64,000 nt of DNA, taken from positions 50,840,001 through 50,904,000 of the forward strand of contig OZ287751.1 in NCBI GenBank assembly GCA_965649765.1. Direction: 5' to 3'. The notes beneath the pieces were generated by a model, which did no database searches, had not been told where the DNA came from, and saw nothing but the letters and a program-made list of their open reading frames with translations. The DNA is from Bispira polyomma. Taxonomy: Eukaryota. Below are positions 13,685 to 26,316 of the stretch, piece by piece; within the stretch, counting starts at the first letter, position 1; each line of letters begins with the position of its first letter. The translations under genes and the position numbers were made by a program.

Positions 13685-13960
13685 TTTAAGAGCCACATCA
13701 CTAACAACTGCAACTTATGACATCACAATATCCATCAAACACATTCAGGAAAATTGCAGGACAATCACTCCACCGGACAACATTCTCACCTTTTCACTGT
13801 TTCATTGGGCCGTCTACAGTATCAGTTTTATCCATCTTAGCATTTGTAAAATACATAGTACAAAACCAGATCACACCGAAGGTGATCAATAATTACCTTA
13901 CAGCCTTTAAATTTGTGGCAAATAAGTATAGCTGGTCAACTTTTTCCTTAAAACACAATG
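13685..13960 (+). mobile_element. Second Ngaro-type remnant (end of RNase H and start of YR)
   Basis: CLRATSLTTATYDITISIKHIQ resembles CIRNIWLICSSNDITLHIQHMK of the first element. LAFVKYIVQNQITPKVINNYLTAFK resembles the YR N-terminal domain. Confidence 0.55.
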
Positions 13961-14427
13961 TGTCACTACAAAAATTATGTCCCACGGTCTATAGTGTCCA
14001 TCCACAGTGTGGACTTTCCAATTCCACTTACAAGGCTGCTTTAGTGATCCCTCTTATCTTTGCTTCCTGTGTTTTAACAATAAACTAATTATACTATATT
14101 ATATTTTTTAGGGAGTCCTCCTACTATTTTCATCAATCAGTATCTTACCTAACTAATGTTATTCGAACTTAAGCCACCTCGGGGTTAATTCAACTCACCT
14201 TATTTCACCTTTTTTACCTCAAGGTCAATAACCCTTTACCCAGTATTTAAACTTCAACAAATTTTAAATTTTTAGGAACTGTGTTAACCACTGCAACACA
14301 TGGGTCTGGTATATGAGTTCAAAATAAATTTATCCTCTAACTTAAAATCTTCGGCACCATTTCCCTCCTCTATTCTGTCCATTCATTCCTACTCTCTATA
14401 TTAAATTCCGACTTTGAACGACAAACA

Positions 14428-14490
14428 AAATCTAATCTAATTTTTATAGCACTTATCTCTGTGCTAGAAGATTCCAAGGCGCATATGACA
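14428..14490 (-). mobile_element. Isolated L2 3' terminus
   Basis: Minus strand reads GCGCCTTGGAATC..GATAAGTGCTATAAAAATTAGATTAGAT, the same stem and (TAGAT)n tail architecture as 56295-56360. Confidence 0.55.
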
Positions 14491-15263
14491 GAAAATCATT
14501 TTGATAATTTAATGTTGCTATTGGACGTACAGGAGTCGTGACCAGAAAAAGATATAGCCCAGTCACACAGCCCTCCCGACCCTTTAAAGAGCTGCTGCGA
14601 GCTGAAAAATGAGAAAGGTTTCTGAAAGTCTTTTGTAATCTTTAAACTCTCTTGCGTTTGAATTATGGAGGTTACTGGGGGTCCCGCTAGATCCTTGGTG
14701 ATCCTGGTTCCGCTCATAGAGAGGTTACCAGGATTACAAGTGATTCTTCTCTACAATTCAGATGGTTGCTGGAGGTTTTTATTTTGTCTCCCACTGATAG
14801 GTTCCTTAGAACGTGCCACCTCCGTGCCACAACTCTTTACAAGTTTTTGTTTGACTTTAACTGGTCTTTGACATTTTTAATCGGCAACCTATTTTAATCT
14901 GTCTCTGACCAGTCTGAAGATGGGTTGTCTATCTAAAAAGCAATATTTGGTAATCTCAGCAAGACGGCGACTAATTCCTAAGCGTTTGTGCCAGCAATCC
15001 CCTGGCAGTCTCACCACCTGTCGTGGACGTGTCAAACATCAAAATAAAATCCCCGATGGCAATTCACTGATTTCATATGTAGTCTCCAACCAGTCTGCAA
15101 CTAATCCTAAGTGATCTCACCACCTATCCCCACCTATTGTCGACCAATCAAATTATCGAAGAATGCTCTTGTATTATTTTAAAATCCCTCCCACAGGACG
15201 GAAAACCTCTCGCAGATCTACTAAAGAGAAAAAAAAGACTGGTCGGCGATAAGTGCTACAGGG

Positions 15264-15299
15264 TATAAATAGGAGATCTTTGCTATTCGGCGATCAGTT
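15264..15299 (+). promoter_or_regulatory. TATA box plus initiator upstream of the MAPK... ORF
   Basis: TATAAATA at 15264 and TCAGTT at 15294 (30-nt spacing); ATG at 15396. Confidence 0.5.
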
Positions 15300-15395
15300 T
15301 TAATAAGGTTTTTGATGTACGCGGATGTTTCTACTACTAGATATTACTGGATTTTAGTTCTTCAAGTGTTTAAAAACTTTATTTTATATATATTA

Positions 15396-16330
15396 ATGGC
15401 TCCTAAACTTTTTACTAAAAAGGGCAAGGAGAAGGGGAAGAAGAAGGGAGACACTGAGGAAGTTTTTCTGTCTCATGAACCCATGTTTCAAGAAGAAACT
15501 GAGTTGGCTGGGGTTGTGATAAAAATACCAGAAGCCAGTATCAAATATAAGGGGACTGGCACCACTGTACCAGACGGTGCACCAGGCACAGTCATAGTCA
15601 CAACTAAGGGAGAGGCCACCACTGTCATTATCACCCCAGACACTGTAACTAGTCTGGCCACAGGGACAATCACCTCAGGGAGAGTGGGCCTAAGTGACTC
15701 CACAAGTGGGGACCCTGACCCTCCCAATACAGTCACGGATGACGAGAAGGAGGATGATGACTATGAGGGCTCTTCTATGACCAGTCGCTCCTTGACTTCA
15801 GGAACAGGGCCAAGAAGTCCTGGTTGATGGCCAGACAAACACCATGGGGCCCACTGGTAAGTTGCATTTAATATCTAAATAAAATTGTGACTGCATGTAT
15901 CTCAGTTTTACATTGGGGTTAGATTATAATGAAATGTATGTATCTAATTCAGGTTAGCTTTACAATATTAAATTACTGTCCGTAAAGTTTATTCATATGA
16001 TTTTATTATTCCAGTTGTTGCTAGTAATACATTATATTAATATCTAATTACAACTGTAACTGCTTGTGCTTTAGCTTAACAGTAGGCTTGGGTTGACCAG
16101 TTATCTAATTTTACCAGTTATTGTGAATTAAGAAACCTTTCAGGCCATGATGCGCCACAAGACAGCCAACCGCCCAGCAATACACAAGCCATCACCCCAA
16201 CAAGCAGTTTTCTTGCAGCCCATGGTTCAGCCTTTCTCTGCTCCACCTGGCCAAGCATCGGGTTCATCTTCTTTGACACCACCAAATATCTGGTCACCAC
16301 CAACACCACATTAACAACAGATGAACCTAT
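15396..16330 (+). pseudogene. Decayed MADF/Myb-SANT gene of a second Harbinger-like element
   Basis: Basic N-terminus MAPKLFTKKGKEKGKKK and an acidic linker. In a shifted frame from 15770 it reads LFYDQSLLDFRNRAKKSWLMARQ..MGPT, ending at a GTAAGT donor (~15858). A downstream P/Q/S-rich segment reads ETFQAMMRH... Confidence 0.55.
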
Positions 16331-16754
16331 AACAGAGCAGCTATGGGACTCTTAACACCTCGGGCTTTTCAATCATGCTGGACAGCATGCAAGGGCAACA
16401 GACACCTTAGGGTCAGCCCACTCAAAGGACTGAGGCCGGCACTGCAGATGTTGTGACCAACATCCTATTGGGTGACCAAAGTGGTGGCCAGGCACAGCAG
16501 TAGACGAGGGACATTGGTGGTAGTGGTGGTGGCGGTGGTGGTGTGACTGTTGTGTGGGGTGGGGGTGAAGTGGGAAATGTGATATTGGGGCATTTGTGAC
16601 TAGACTGTGACCTATGCATGTATATTATATTTTTAAGAACGTTAAATGCAAAAGTTGCATTTCTATTTGATAAATGAATATAAAGTTGCATTTCATCAGC
16701 ATAGAAATGATACTTGATTGATTTGTACTACTTTATGACATGACTGAGGGGTGA

Positions 16755-17347
16755 TGTATATAAGGAAAATAGAACTGGACCTAAGACTACAATTTCCACC
16801 CGACAACCCAAGCACAGTATTTTAGTTTCCTTGTCATGTCATTTTCGTGACTAGTTAGTATTTCTGTCTCTTGTTCCCCTCGTATCCCAAACTTGGGTGT
16901 CTACTTAGATAGAGAGATACAGTCTTAATGGGTTTAAGGTGGCCCAACCGTAACGTTGTAAGCCCCTACCGGGTTGACAATTACATGATATTGCTTTAAC
17001 ATTCCGTTGGGGTGACCCAATCACGGATGTGAAGATGGCCTTGTATTAATTTTCTAGTCTTGGCCAACTTTGGCCTATGGTCAGCAACAACTGCTGTTAC
17101 TCTTCTGTGAGTTATATATATACTATAGAATATGTAATATTATTATGCAACTGGTTTTATTTTATGTGTACATTTATTATACTGGCTAAACCTATATTTT
17201 ATTTTACTGTGTTATGTCGCTTGTATCAAGCTAATTGTACACTAATGTATTCCAAGGCATATTTTACCATTATTGTGAGTTTAAGTTTAAACCCTTGATA
17301 ACTATGGGTCCTGAGGTAATAAATAATCATAATAAATTCCATATACA
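16755..17347 (+). mobile_element. Possible LTR remnant
   Basis: TGTATAT...ATATACA termini, preceded by purine-rich GAGGGG; AATAAA near the 3' end. No TSD or internal region seen. Confidence 0.3.
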
Positions 17348-18436
17348 GAAAGAGTGACAGGTAAGAGAACTTGTAACAATGGTTGGTATTTTAGCCATGC
17401 TGCACTATGGCAATTGCGTAAAAACTTGCCAATGACCGGATTGTAGAACATGCTATATTTATGTACACATCACAAGTAGCAATGAAATAGTCTGGCATCC
17501 AAATTTGTGCCAATCTATTTCTCAATGAAACTGTGAATATATATAAAACTACTTAAAAACTACTATACTGTTATGTAGATGCTTTTAAGTATAAATGCCC
17601 AAGTAATTGTTTTGTAATAAATGTTGAAATGAAATGTGCTTCACAACTCTCAAACTTCACAAATCATCTGGACTGATGATTTTTCCATGTTGGCCATCTG
17701 GACTGACCATTATGCCGCGGTCACACTAAGCTTACATTTTGCTTAGGAAAAAATAATGGCAAACGTAACCGCTGTGTAAGCGTTTGCATACCATACGTAA
17801 AATATGTATGCGAACGTATGCTTGCATAAGATCAAAATGGAAAACATTTTGGAAATGGACTGCTTGAAATTTCAATTTTGACCATTTGCGTAATAAACTG
17901 CTTTAAAACGTAATTGAAACAAAATTGAAGCATATTTTGCATAATTGGACGTGATCAAAGCGGCCCTAAACATATTATACCTGAGATTTACAAGACTTTC
18001 CATTTAGTATGAGTCGTTTATTACACATTGCACCCGTTTTATAGCTGTTTCTGGCCAAAAATCAATGTTTTCATTTGACCGGTTTTGCTTAGGTACAGTG
18101 GCCCAACCCCATTTGATATTTGGTTTAATCTGCATGCTATTTTGTGCAACCAGTTTACCAAACCTTTACTTATTTTCATTACGTTTACTACGCTTCCATT
18201 TCATTCACCGCTCTTACTTCGTTTGATTCGCTTGTAACGTCACAATTTTGTTTGTTTATTTTGTTGTGACGTATGCTGGTGCTTTTGTTAATCCCTCAAT
18301 ACGTCATCTAATGCGTCATACGCTACCACGAGGCACCATGCTCTCGCATCACTCAAAATTTACAGTAAATTGTGCACAGACATGTTTGCAAGTTTTGTAA
18401 AAGTTTATAACACTTTATGTCCCCCACTTTTTTAAA

Positions 18437-19691
18437 ATGGGTAGAGTTACTACAAAGAGGAAAGCACCACCTTTACCTTCACTACAGCCGAAATTGTGGA
18501 AGAAAATCAAGTTGACAGTCATATTGACACTCTGATTGACACTCAGATGAAAGTTTTCACACAAGATGAATAAGACCTTCCAGATCTTTCCCAGACCCAG
18601 AGCCAGATCAAAAAATTTGCAAAGAAGAGGATTTGCTGGATTGGTTGAATGACCCCCCGAGTTGTGGTCACGGGAAGCTGAGTATGTGCATATCCGGCAG
18701 CCAAAAAAGATGGCAATGTGGTCGCAAAAGGCAGCTAAATATAGCAAGACTGGTGAGTATTTATATTATTTTACCGTGATTTACCTGTTAATTATAATGT
18801 ATTTTACAGCCTCGGTTAACCGTTCCAGTTGAGTGAGTAAATTTGTGTTTAGATAATTTGATTTATGTCATTGTTCCCCTATTTTAATTAATGTAGCCCC
18901 TCTTTTATTTGGCCATAGTGAGGGAGTAGGGTTTTGTTTGAATAATTAGATTGATGTGGGGAAATGTGTGGGAGAATATCTTGCTATTATTATTATATGT
19001 CATTTTATATATCATTTTATATGTCATTTTATATGTCATTGTTCCCCCATTTTAATTAATGTAGCCCCTCTATTATCTGGCCATAGTGAGGGAGTAGGGT
19101 TTTGTTTAGATAATTAGATTGATGTGTGGAAATGTGTTAAAGATTATCTTGATATTAGATGTGATTTCATATGTCATTTTGAATGTCATTGTTCCCCCAC
19201 TTTAATTAATGTAGCCCCTCTATTATCTGGCCATAGTGAGGAGTAGGGTTTTGTTTGGATAATTAGATCGATGTGTTGGGATAATGTGTTTAGAGATTAT
19301 CTTGATATTATGAAATATTCTTCCCAATTTTAATTAATGTGGCCCCTCTATTATCCGAACATAGTGAGGGAGTTTGTATTTCTTTGAATAAATAGATTGA
19401 TCTGTCAAGATAATGTGTTTTGAGATTATCTTGATTTTATGGCATATTTTTCTCTACAGGGTAACAATCGCTGCAGTGGTGGACCAATCTTCGCAACATC
19501 TATGGCTGCATCACAGACATTCCCGCTCTGGATCTGTGCCTGTGAAATACACGTTGAGGATAAATTGGGTTCTGGGAAAGTGTGCCTTCTTGAGTGGCAA
19601 CATCGGAAGGATGACAAAGAGGAAGAACACTCTCTTGAAGTACGACCAGACCAAGTTGTGGGTCAGTCCATCGTCCACTGAGCAATCCACT
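18437..19691 (+). pseudogene. Harbinger MADF/Myb-SANT DNA-binding protein gene, degenerate (exons ~18437-18752 and 19460-19691)
   Basis: EEDLLDWLND[fs]ELWSREAEYVHIRQPKKMAMWSQKAAKYSKT, donor GTGAG; then acceptor cAG and LQWWTNLRNIYG[fs]SRSGS..YTLRINWVLGKCAFL, donor GTAAGT. This fits the three-Trp MADF pattern. Confidence 0.75.
18866..19440. repeat. ~150-bp tandem repeat, 4 copies, in the MADF intron
   Basis: Recurring TTTTAATTAATGTAGCCCCTCTATTATCTGGCCATAGTGAGGGAGTAGGG; a further partial copy at ~25007-25062. Confidence 0.85.
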
Positions 19692-20249
19692 GTAAGTAAT
19701 GATAAAATTATTGAACTTGTTATTACACCAGACTTTTAAAAAAATCACCTCCAGTGCCAAGTTTAGTTTTCTGTGAATTTGAAATATGTCATAGTCCTAA
19801 TGATATAGTTATATAGGTTATATTTTTATAATTATTGGTTTATATTTATAACAATAATGTTATAGTCGTTGTGTGACCCAATTCTAATCGAAGGGTGGTA
19901 TCATCATTGGGTTTGAAATGCTTTTTGGCATTTTCAAAGTTGGTCATAAGCTTTAACTATCCTTGTGGTTCTTGTTATCTCGAAGTGTCTATGCATTCAC
20001 ATCCAAGTTGTTGTTTAAGTAATAACACAAAATTATCTTTCCACCCCTTTCGTAGACTACAGTATTACCATATATTGAAATATGTCATCGTCCTAATTAT
20101 ATTGTTACATGGTTTAATGGTTATAATTATTATTTTATAGTTGTATTAATAACTTTTGTGTCTTAAATATTTATAAGTCTGTGACCAAAGTTAGTGGCCT
20201 TTCAATAGTTAAACTCGTGAAGCAGTAACATAATTGCTGAATAACATAG

Positions 20250-23200
20250 TTGTAATTGTAATTGTAATTAGCGCACCAGCACAAAAGACAGTTATCCAAT
20301 TTCCAAAATCAAGGGACAGAAAAAGGGTCAGCAACATAGAGCGCGCCGGGGGATGATGGAGACTAAGGTTGATATGCTTTAGTGTACAAGTGGGTTTTAA
20401 GCTTCTTTCTAAAACAGGCTAGTGAGGGGGAAGCACGAATCACATCAGGAAGACCATTCCAAACAATGGGAGCATCAAAAGCAAAGCTGTGACCAAACTG
20501 TTTTACCGACCTTTGAGTAGATGGGTGGAACTTCGGAACAACAAGGAAATTACTACCACTCTGACTACGTCTGATATTGTAGGAACTACTGTAAGTGGAA
20601 AGATATGGGGCAAAATACTTTGGAAACCCAGTGTGGAGAAACTTATAAACAAGTGTAGCTGTCTTAAACACTGAACGCTGTCCAACAGGGAGCCAATGCA
20701 ATTTCTTAAGAACAGGAGTTATACTAGTGTATCGACTGGTGTTTGACACAATTCTAGCTGCACTATTTTGAATGCATTGTAATTTGCGTAAATTAAACTT
20801 TGAGAGACTCCTGAAAAGTGAATTGCAGTAATCCAGTCTACTACTGACAAAAGCATTGGCCACAAGTATAGAAGCATCATAAGTGAGAAACCGTCTGACA
20901 CGTCTAAAGTCACGGAGTTGCATAAAACAGCTTTTGCAGACACTCTGAACGTGTTTAGAGAAAGAAAAGTCAGAGTCAAACCATACACCCAGGTTCTTGA
21001 CAGAATCAGCTGGACTGAAAGGGCTACCCAGGATGTCAACTGGAAACAATGCTTTTAACTTATCCCTCAGTTGTTTTGAGCCAAAGATTATGAACTCAGT
21101 CTTGTCGGGATTAAGTTTGAGTTTACCAGTTGACATCCACTCTTTCACATCATCAAGACCCCTGTTCAACTGTTCAAAGGCAGTAGATGTGTTTTTATGG
21201 GATAGGTGCACATAAATTTGGGTATCATCTGCATAAAAATGAAACTTTATTCCTGTGTATTTACCAATAACCAATCTGAGAGGAGCAGTGTATAATGAGA
21301 ACAACAGAGGGCCCAAAACAGAACCTTGAGGGACACCAAACAATAGTTTACAAAGATCGGACAGAGTAGAGCCAATTTTTATCGACTGATAACGATCAGT
21401 TAAGTAGGAAGTGAACCATTTAAGAACAGAGCCCGTAACTCCAAACCAAGTCTGAAGACAACTGAGAAGCGTGGAATGATCAATGGTGTCAAAGGCAGCA
21501 GAGAGGTCGAGCAATACCAGGGCAGTAGGTTCCCCTCTTGACAAAGATAAGTGAACTTCATTTTTTATAGACAGAAGAGCTGTCTCAGTCGAATAACCAG
21601 TTTTACACGCAGACTGGTATGGGTTGTCCAAGTCGTGGACAAAGATGTGATCTAACAGTTGCCTAGCAACCACGTGTTCAACCAGTTTTGATATGAAACT
21701 AAGACCAGATACAGGGCGATAATTCTTCAGGTCATCAACTGGAAGAGAAGCCGTCTTAATAAGAGGAGTAACCACAGCTGTTTTAAAACCATCAGGTACA
21801 TGTCCCTCCGTAAGTGAGCAGTTTACAAGTTTTGTAATGGATGGTAGTAATATATCACTACATTCTTTAATAAGAGATGTTGGCCATGGATCCAACATGC
21901 AGGATTATGTAGGCGAGTTACTTATTATTTTACTAACATCATCTTCAGAGACTCTGGCAAAGGCAGTAATTTCTGGGGGATCAGAAAGAGGATGAACATC
22001 AATTTTAGTTCCAGAGACAATAAAAGTATCCCTAATTCTCTTAATTTTGTCCGAAAAAAAGGAAGTAAACTTATCAGCTAGTGATTTATCAGAATCATGG
22101 GATGGGAGTGCCACATTGGTATCCATATTAAGGGTCTTGCGCAGTTCGTGCCACAGCTTCCTGGAGTTGTGACTGTTGTCAGAGATAAGTTTACTGTAAT
22201 ACACCGACTTATCCTCGTTAACAAGTACATTGCAGCGAGCAATCTGGCGACGTAGTCGACTTCTATTTAATGGATTCTTGGCCCTTCGCCAAGTTCTTTC
22301 ATATTGGCGCCTGAGAGATTTAGCCTGTCGGTAAGAATCAGAGAGCCAATGCACAGATTCTTTCTTTGACATTCTGGATACAAGTGGTGCATGCTTATCT
22401 AGTACATCACCCAAGTCGTGTATGTATTGTTCATAAAGTTTGGCTACAAAATTGGCAGGTGACTTAATAAAGGAAGTACTCTCAAGATCTGTACGGAGGT
22501 CAGACATGTTAATACGGTGGTACCTCCTATAATGCACTGTATTAGGAATATGAGCCACCTGTGGGGGAGAGGCAATTGAGCATTTGACTAATGCATGATC
22601 CAATATGAAATCACAGACTTTGACATCCACAATAGTATCCTGATCACAAGGAGATAAAATAAGGTCCAGAATGTGACCATGCAGATGGGTAGGTTGTCTA
22701 ACTAACTGTTTTAAATCGCATGAATCAAGAAAGGTCATAAATTTATGACCGTCACCAACTGGTGCATCAACATGGATGTTAAAGTCACCACAGATATGAT
22801 ATGAACTGTTAATGGAAGACAAGAAACCAACAAAAGACATAAATTCTTCTAAAAAATTACAGATACATGATCCTGGGGGGCGATAGACGCAGGCAAGCAA
22901 CAGTGAGCGGCCATGAAGCCCAATTGACACCACCATATTTTCAAAGGACTGATAGACAGGAGAATCTACTTTATGTGGTTTGTAGGAGGATCTGATGAAG
23001 AAACCAACACCGCCACCAATCCGCGAGGGACGAGGCGTTTGAGGAAACACAAAATCTGGAGGAGTAACAGACCGTAGGAAGCTATCCGTATCAGATAGAC
23101 GGACATGGGTCTCAGTAACACAAAGGAAGTCGAGGTCGTGCGATGTCACAATATCTGCAAGGAGTGGACCCTCGTTCCTCACGGATCTAGCATTTAACAC

Positions 23201-23620
23201 CCCGAGCATGACAGGACCAGGGTTAAGGGACACATCGCAGGCGAGTAAAAGTAACAAGACAAGACCTCTTCCATTAATGGTGGTAGGAAATTAATGGTGG
23301 TAGGAAAGAACATGTGTATGAAAAATTTTTTGCCACTTTAGCCAATGAGGTTGTTGATGTATGAGCAACACTGTGATGCAACAACTCATACCTATGAGCC
23401 ATAGCCACAGCAAAAAGTGCTGAAAAAAGGACAACCCGAAGCAGAAACATGCCTAGTGAGGTTGTAGAAAAAAAGAAGCCCTTAACCTGAACTCAACAGT
23501 GGGGAGCCTCAAAAAGCTTGTCCCTACAACTTACCGCACAATTCTTCGTCCCGTGGGCGACTCACGGGCACCCTAGCACCCCACACTATAGCCTGACCTT
23601 AAGCTAAGTACAACCACACC
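20250..23620 (-). mobile_element. Near full-length single-ORF L2-clade LINE inserted in the Harbinger element
   Basis: APE and RT ORF, short 3' UTR, (AATTAC)n tail at 20250-20270, GC-richer 5' UTR to ~23620 (5' boundary approximate). Confidence 0.92.
20363..23450 (-). pseudogene. L2 ORF: leader peptide, 2A-like motif, apurinic endonuclease and reverse transcriptase
   Basis: APE motifs NARS, VTETH, GGGVG, VYRPP, GDFNIH and LDLI. RT motifs NYRPVS, LDLSAAFDTIDH, GVPQGSVLGP and YADDTQ. ORFs 23257-21905 and 21898-20363 are in the same frame, separated by one TAA. The leader is frameshifted (17-bp duplication at 23274-23307). Confidence 0.92.
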
Positions 23621-23629
23621 AACATGTAA

Positions 23630-24060
23630 TTTACAATATAGAACAGCAAAAGGAGGTAAAAAGTAAATATAAAGGGAATAGAAAAATCATAAATAGTAAT
23701 AAATAAATGTACAGAATTTGGAAAAAATTTTACAATATAGAACAGCAAAACGAGACTAAATTAACAACATAAAACAGCAAAACTACTCAAATTTAATGTA
23801 AAAAGGTTAGAAAAAACATAAATACCAACAAATAACCGTGCAGATGTAGATCTTATTACAAAATATTATAGTAGAGTACGGCCCACTCCCGCCAAACGAA
23901 GTGGGCGATAATCGGCTATTATAATTTTCTAGCTAAATTCACAACATATAACAGTAAAATTACTGAAATTTAATGTAAAAAGGGTAGAAAAACATAAATA
24001 GTAACAAATAAACGTAAAGATATAGCCATAAACGTCGATCTTTTACAAAAGTTTGTGGTA
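23630..24060. repeat. Degenerate A-rich tandem repeats
   Basis: Recurring TTTACAATATAGAACAGCAAAA and AAAAACATAAATAGTAACAAATAAA blocks. Confidence 0.6.
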
Positions 24061-24574
24061 TTTTTCCCGTAGCGGTCTTCCCCCGGTACAAGTTGAATGA
24101 CATTATTGAATTAACATTACTGCATAGACATTATTAAGATTCTTCCATGAAATTATTAATGGAAATTATCAATTAAAATTTAACATTATTCAATAATATT
24201 TTAAATTAAACTTTTTCCATTCCATTCGTGAATAATGTTATAATTGAAATTAATGCATTGTCAATCATATCGATCGAGTAAAATCTTGTTTGGATAATTT
24301 TATTAATGTGGGAAATTTGTAAAATGCTCCGTTAGAATCAGGTTTCTAATTTAAACCATTTCTCAATTCCATTCTCAAAGAAAGTTATAAATTAAATCAC
24401 TAAATAATACTATAAATCAAATTATACATTATTACATAAATTTTTTTTAAAACATTCATCTATCTCCTCTCTTGCACTGTGCATGACCTTCACAGTTCTC
24501 CATATGGTCGCTTGCACTAGACCTCAACAGTCCTACATTTCCCCTCTTGCACTGTGAAGTCCTCCATCTTCTCT

Positions 24575-24925
24575 GTTGCACTGTGCCCGAGCCCCACAGT
24601 ACTACATTTCTTCGGTTACACTGTGCCTGAGCCCCACAGTCCTCCATCTCTGTTTTACTGTGACATTCACAGTACTACAGTACTACATTTCTTCGGTTGC
24701 ACTGTGCCTCAGCCCCACAGTCCTCCATCTCTGTTTCACTGTGACATTCACAGTACTACAGTACTACATTTCTTCGGTTGCACTGTGCCTCAGCCCCACA
24801 GTCCTCCATCTCTGTTTCACTGTGACATTCACAGTACTACAGTACTATATTTCTTCGGTTGCACTGTGCCTCAGCCCCATAGTCCTCTATCTCTGTTTCA
24901 CTGTGACATTCACAGTACTACATTT
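24575..24925. repeat. 81-bp tandem repeat, ~4 copies
   Basis: ACTACATTTCTTCGG (or a one-base variant) at 24601, 24682, 24763 and 24844. Each unit has two ACTGTG..CACAGT hairpins. Confidence 0.92.
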
Positions 24926-25139
24926 CCTCTATTTCATTGTCACAGTCCTACATTTATCTCCTCCTGCTTCAGGGGCGGGGACCTTTTGAGTACTTCTAAC
25001 CTCTAACATTGTTCCCATATTTTAATTAATTATTGTGGCCCCTCTATTATCCGACCATAGTGACCATTATCAAATACAATTAAATATAACATTATTAAAT
25101 AAAATTAAATATTATTACATAATTTTTCAAAAATACATT

Positions 25140-26040
25140 CCTCCAGTTCACTGTGAGCTCTACATGCATCTACTTCTTTTTGCAGGTTACCTCCACATGC
25201 CTCAACTTTATCCATTGCAGGTGACCTCCACTTCCTGGACTCCTTGCAGGTGACCTCTACATTCCTCCATTCCTTCCTTGTGTGTGACCTCCACCTGCAT
25301 CCATTCCTTCTTTTGCAGGTGACCTCCACTTTCCTGGACTCCTTGCAGGTGACTGCTACATTGGTGATATTGTTCATTGTTCATCACCTACACATGCCTC
25401 AACTTCTGTCTTTGTAGGTGACCTTCAAGAATAAGTACAGGATCTATATATACATACAAACATAATGACAGCCTCTGATGCTGTAATAAATCACAACTTA
25501 GGAACTTACCAGCTTATCACAAAATCTCATGTTTCTATTGGCAATTTTCACGCGGAGTCATGTTATCTCTGCGCATGTGTCATACACCTAGATTAGCGTA
25601 TGTGTTGAGATAACCTCTACATTGTTCATACCCCTGTATTTTGTGGTGGAACAGTTTTATTCATTTCCCAAAGTAGCTGTTATACACAAGCTGTTTGTAA
25701 ATAAAACTACATGTAAAATAAAATATAATCACAAATAATATAATAACTTATTAAAACATTATTACATAAATTTTTAAAATTACCTTCCTCCAGTTCACTG
25801 TGCGTGACCTTTACATCCACTTCATCCACTTCTTTCTTTTAGGGTGACCTCCACTTGCATCCATTTCTTGTGGGTGACCTGTACGTTCCTCCATTTTCTG
25901 CTTGAGTTTTTCTTGTCTGTGACCTCCATATTCTTTTTTGCAGGTGACCTCCACTTTCCTCCAATTCTTGCAGGTCACCGCTACATTGTTCAAATACTTT
26001 TAGGTGGATGACCTCCACATGCATCCACTTCTTTTGCTAG
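25140..26040. repeat. Two blocks of short GCAGGTGACCTCCAC repeats
   Basis: The motif recurs more than 10 times in 25180-25430 and 25800-26030; both blocks follow CTCCAGTTCACTGTG. Confidence 0.8.
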
Positions 26041-26316
26041 CCTCCTTTCTTTTGCTAGTATGGTAATAAAAAAATGAATAAAATAAAATTATAAATAAAA
26101 TAAAGAAATGAATAAAATCATAACTAAAATAAACTTATAAAACTTGAAACACATATACACGTCATACAAGTTCTACCTCTATCAGTGGGGATGTCCACAA
26201 GGCTGCTGCTGTTATTATTGTTGTCTTGATTTATCTTCTTTCTATAGTCGTTAATATTGATGACTTGTAGTTGAACTGTTGGCTGGAAGTCCACGATGTG
26301 TAGGAGTGTCACAAGC

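Noticed and set aside
24554-25006. 150-aa and 137-aa repetitive ORFs
   Set aside because: They are a by-product of an 81-bp (27-codon) tandem repeat open in several frames; no independent gene evidence.
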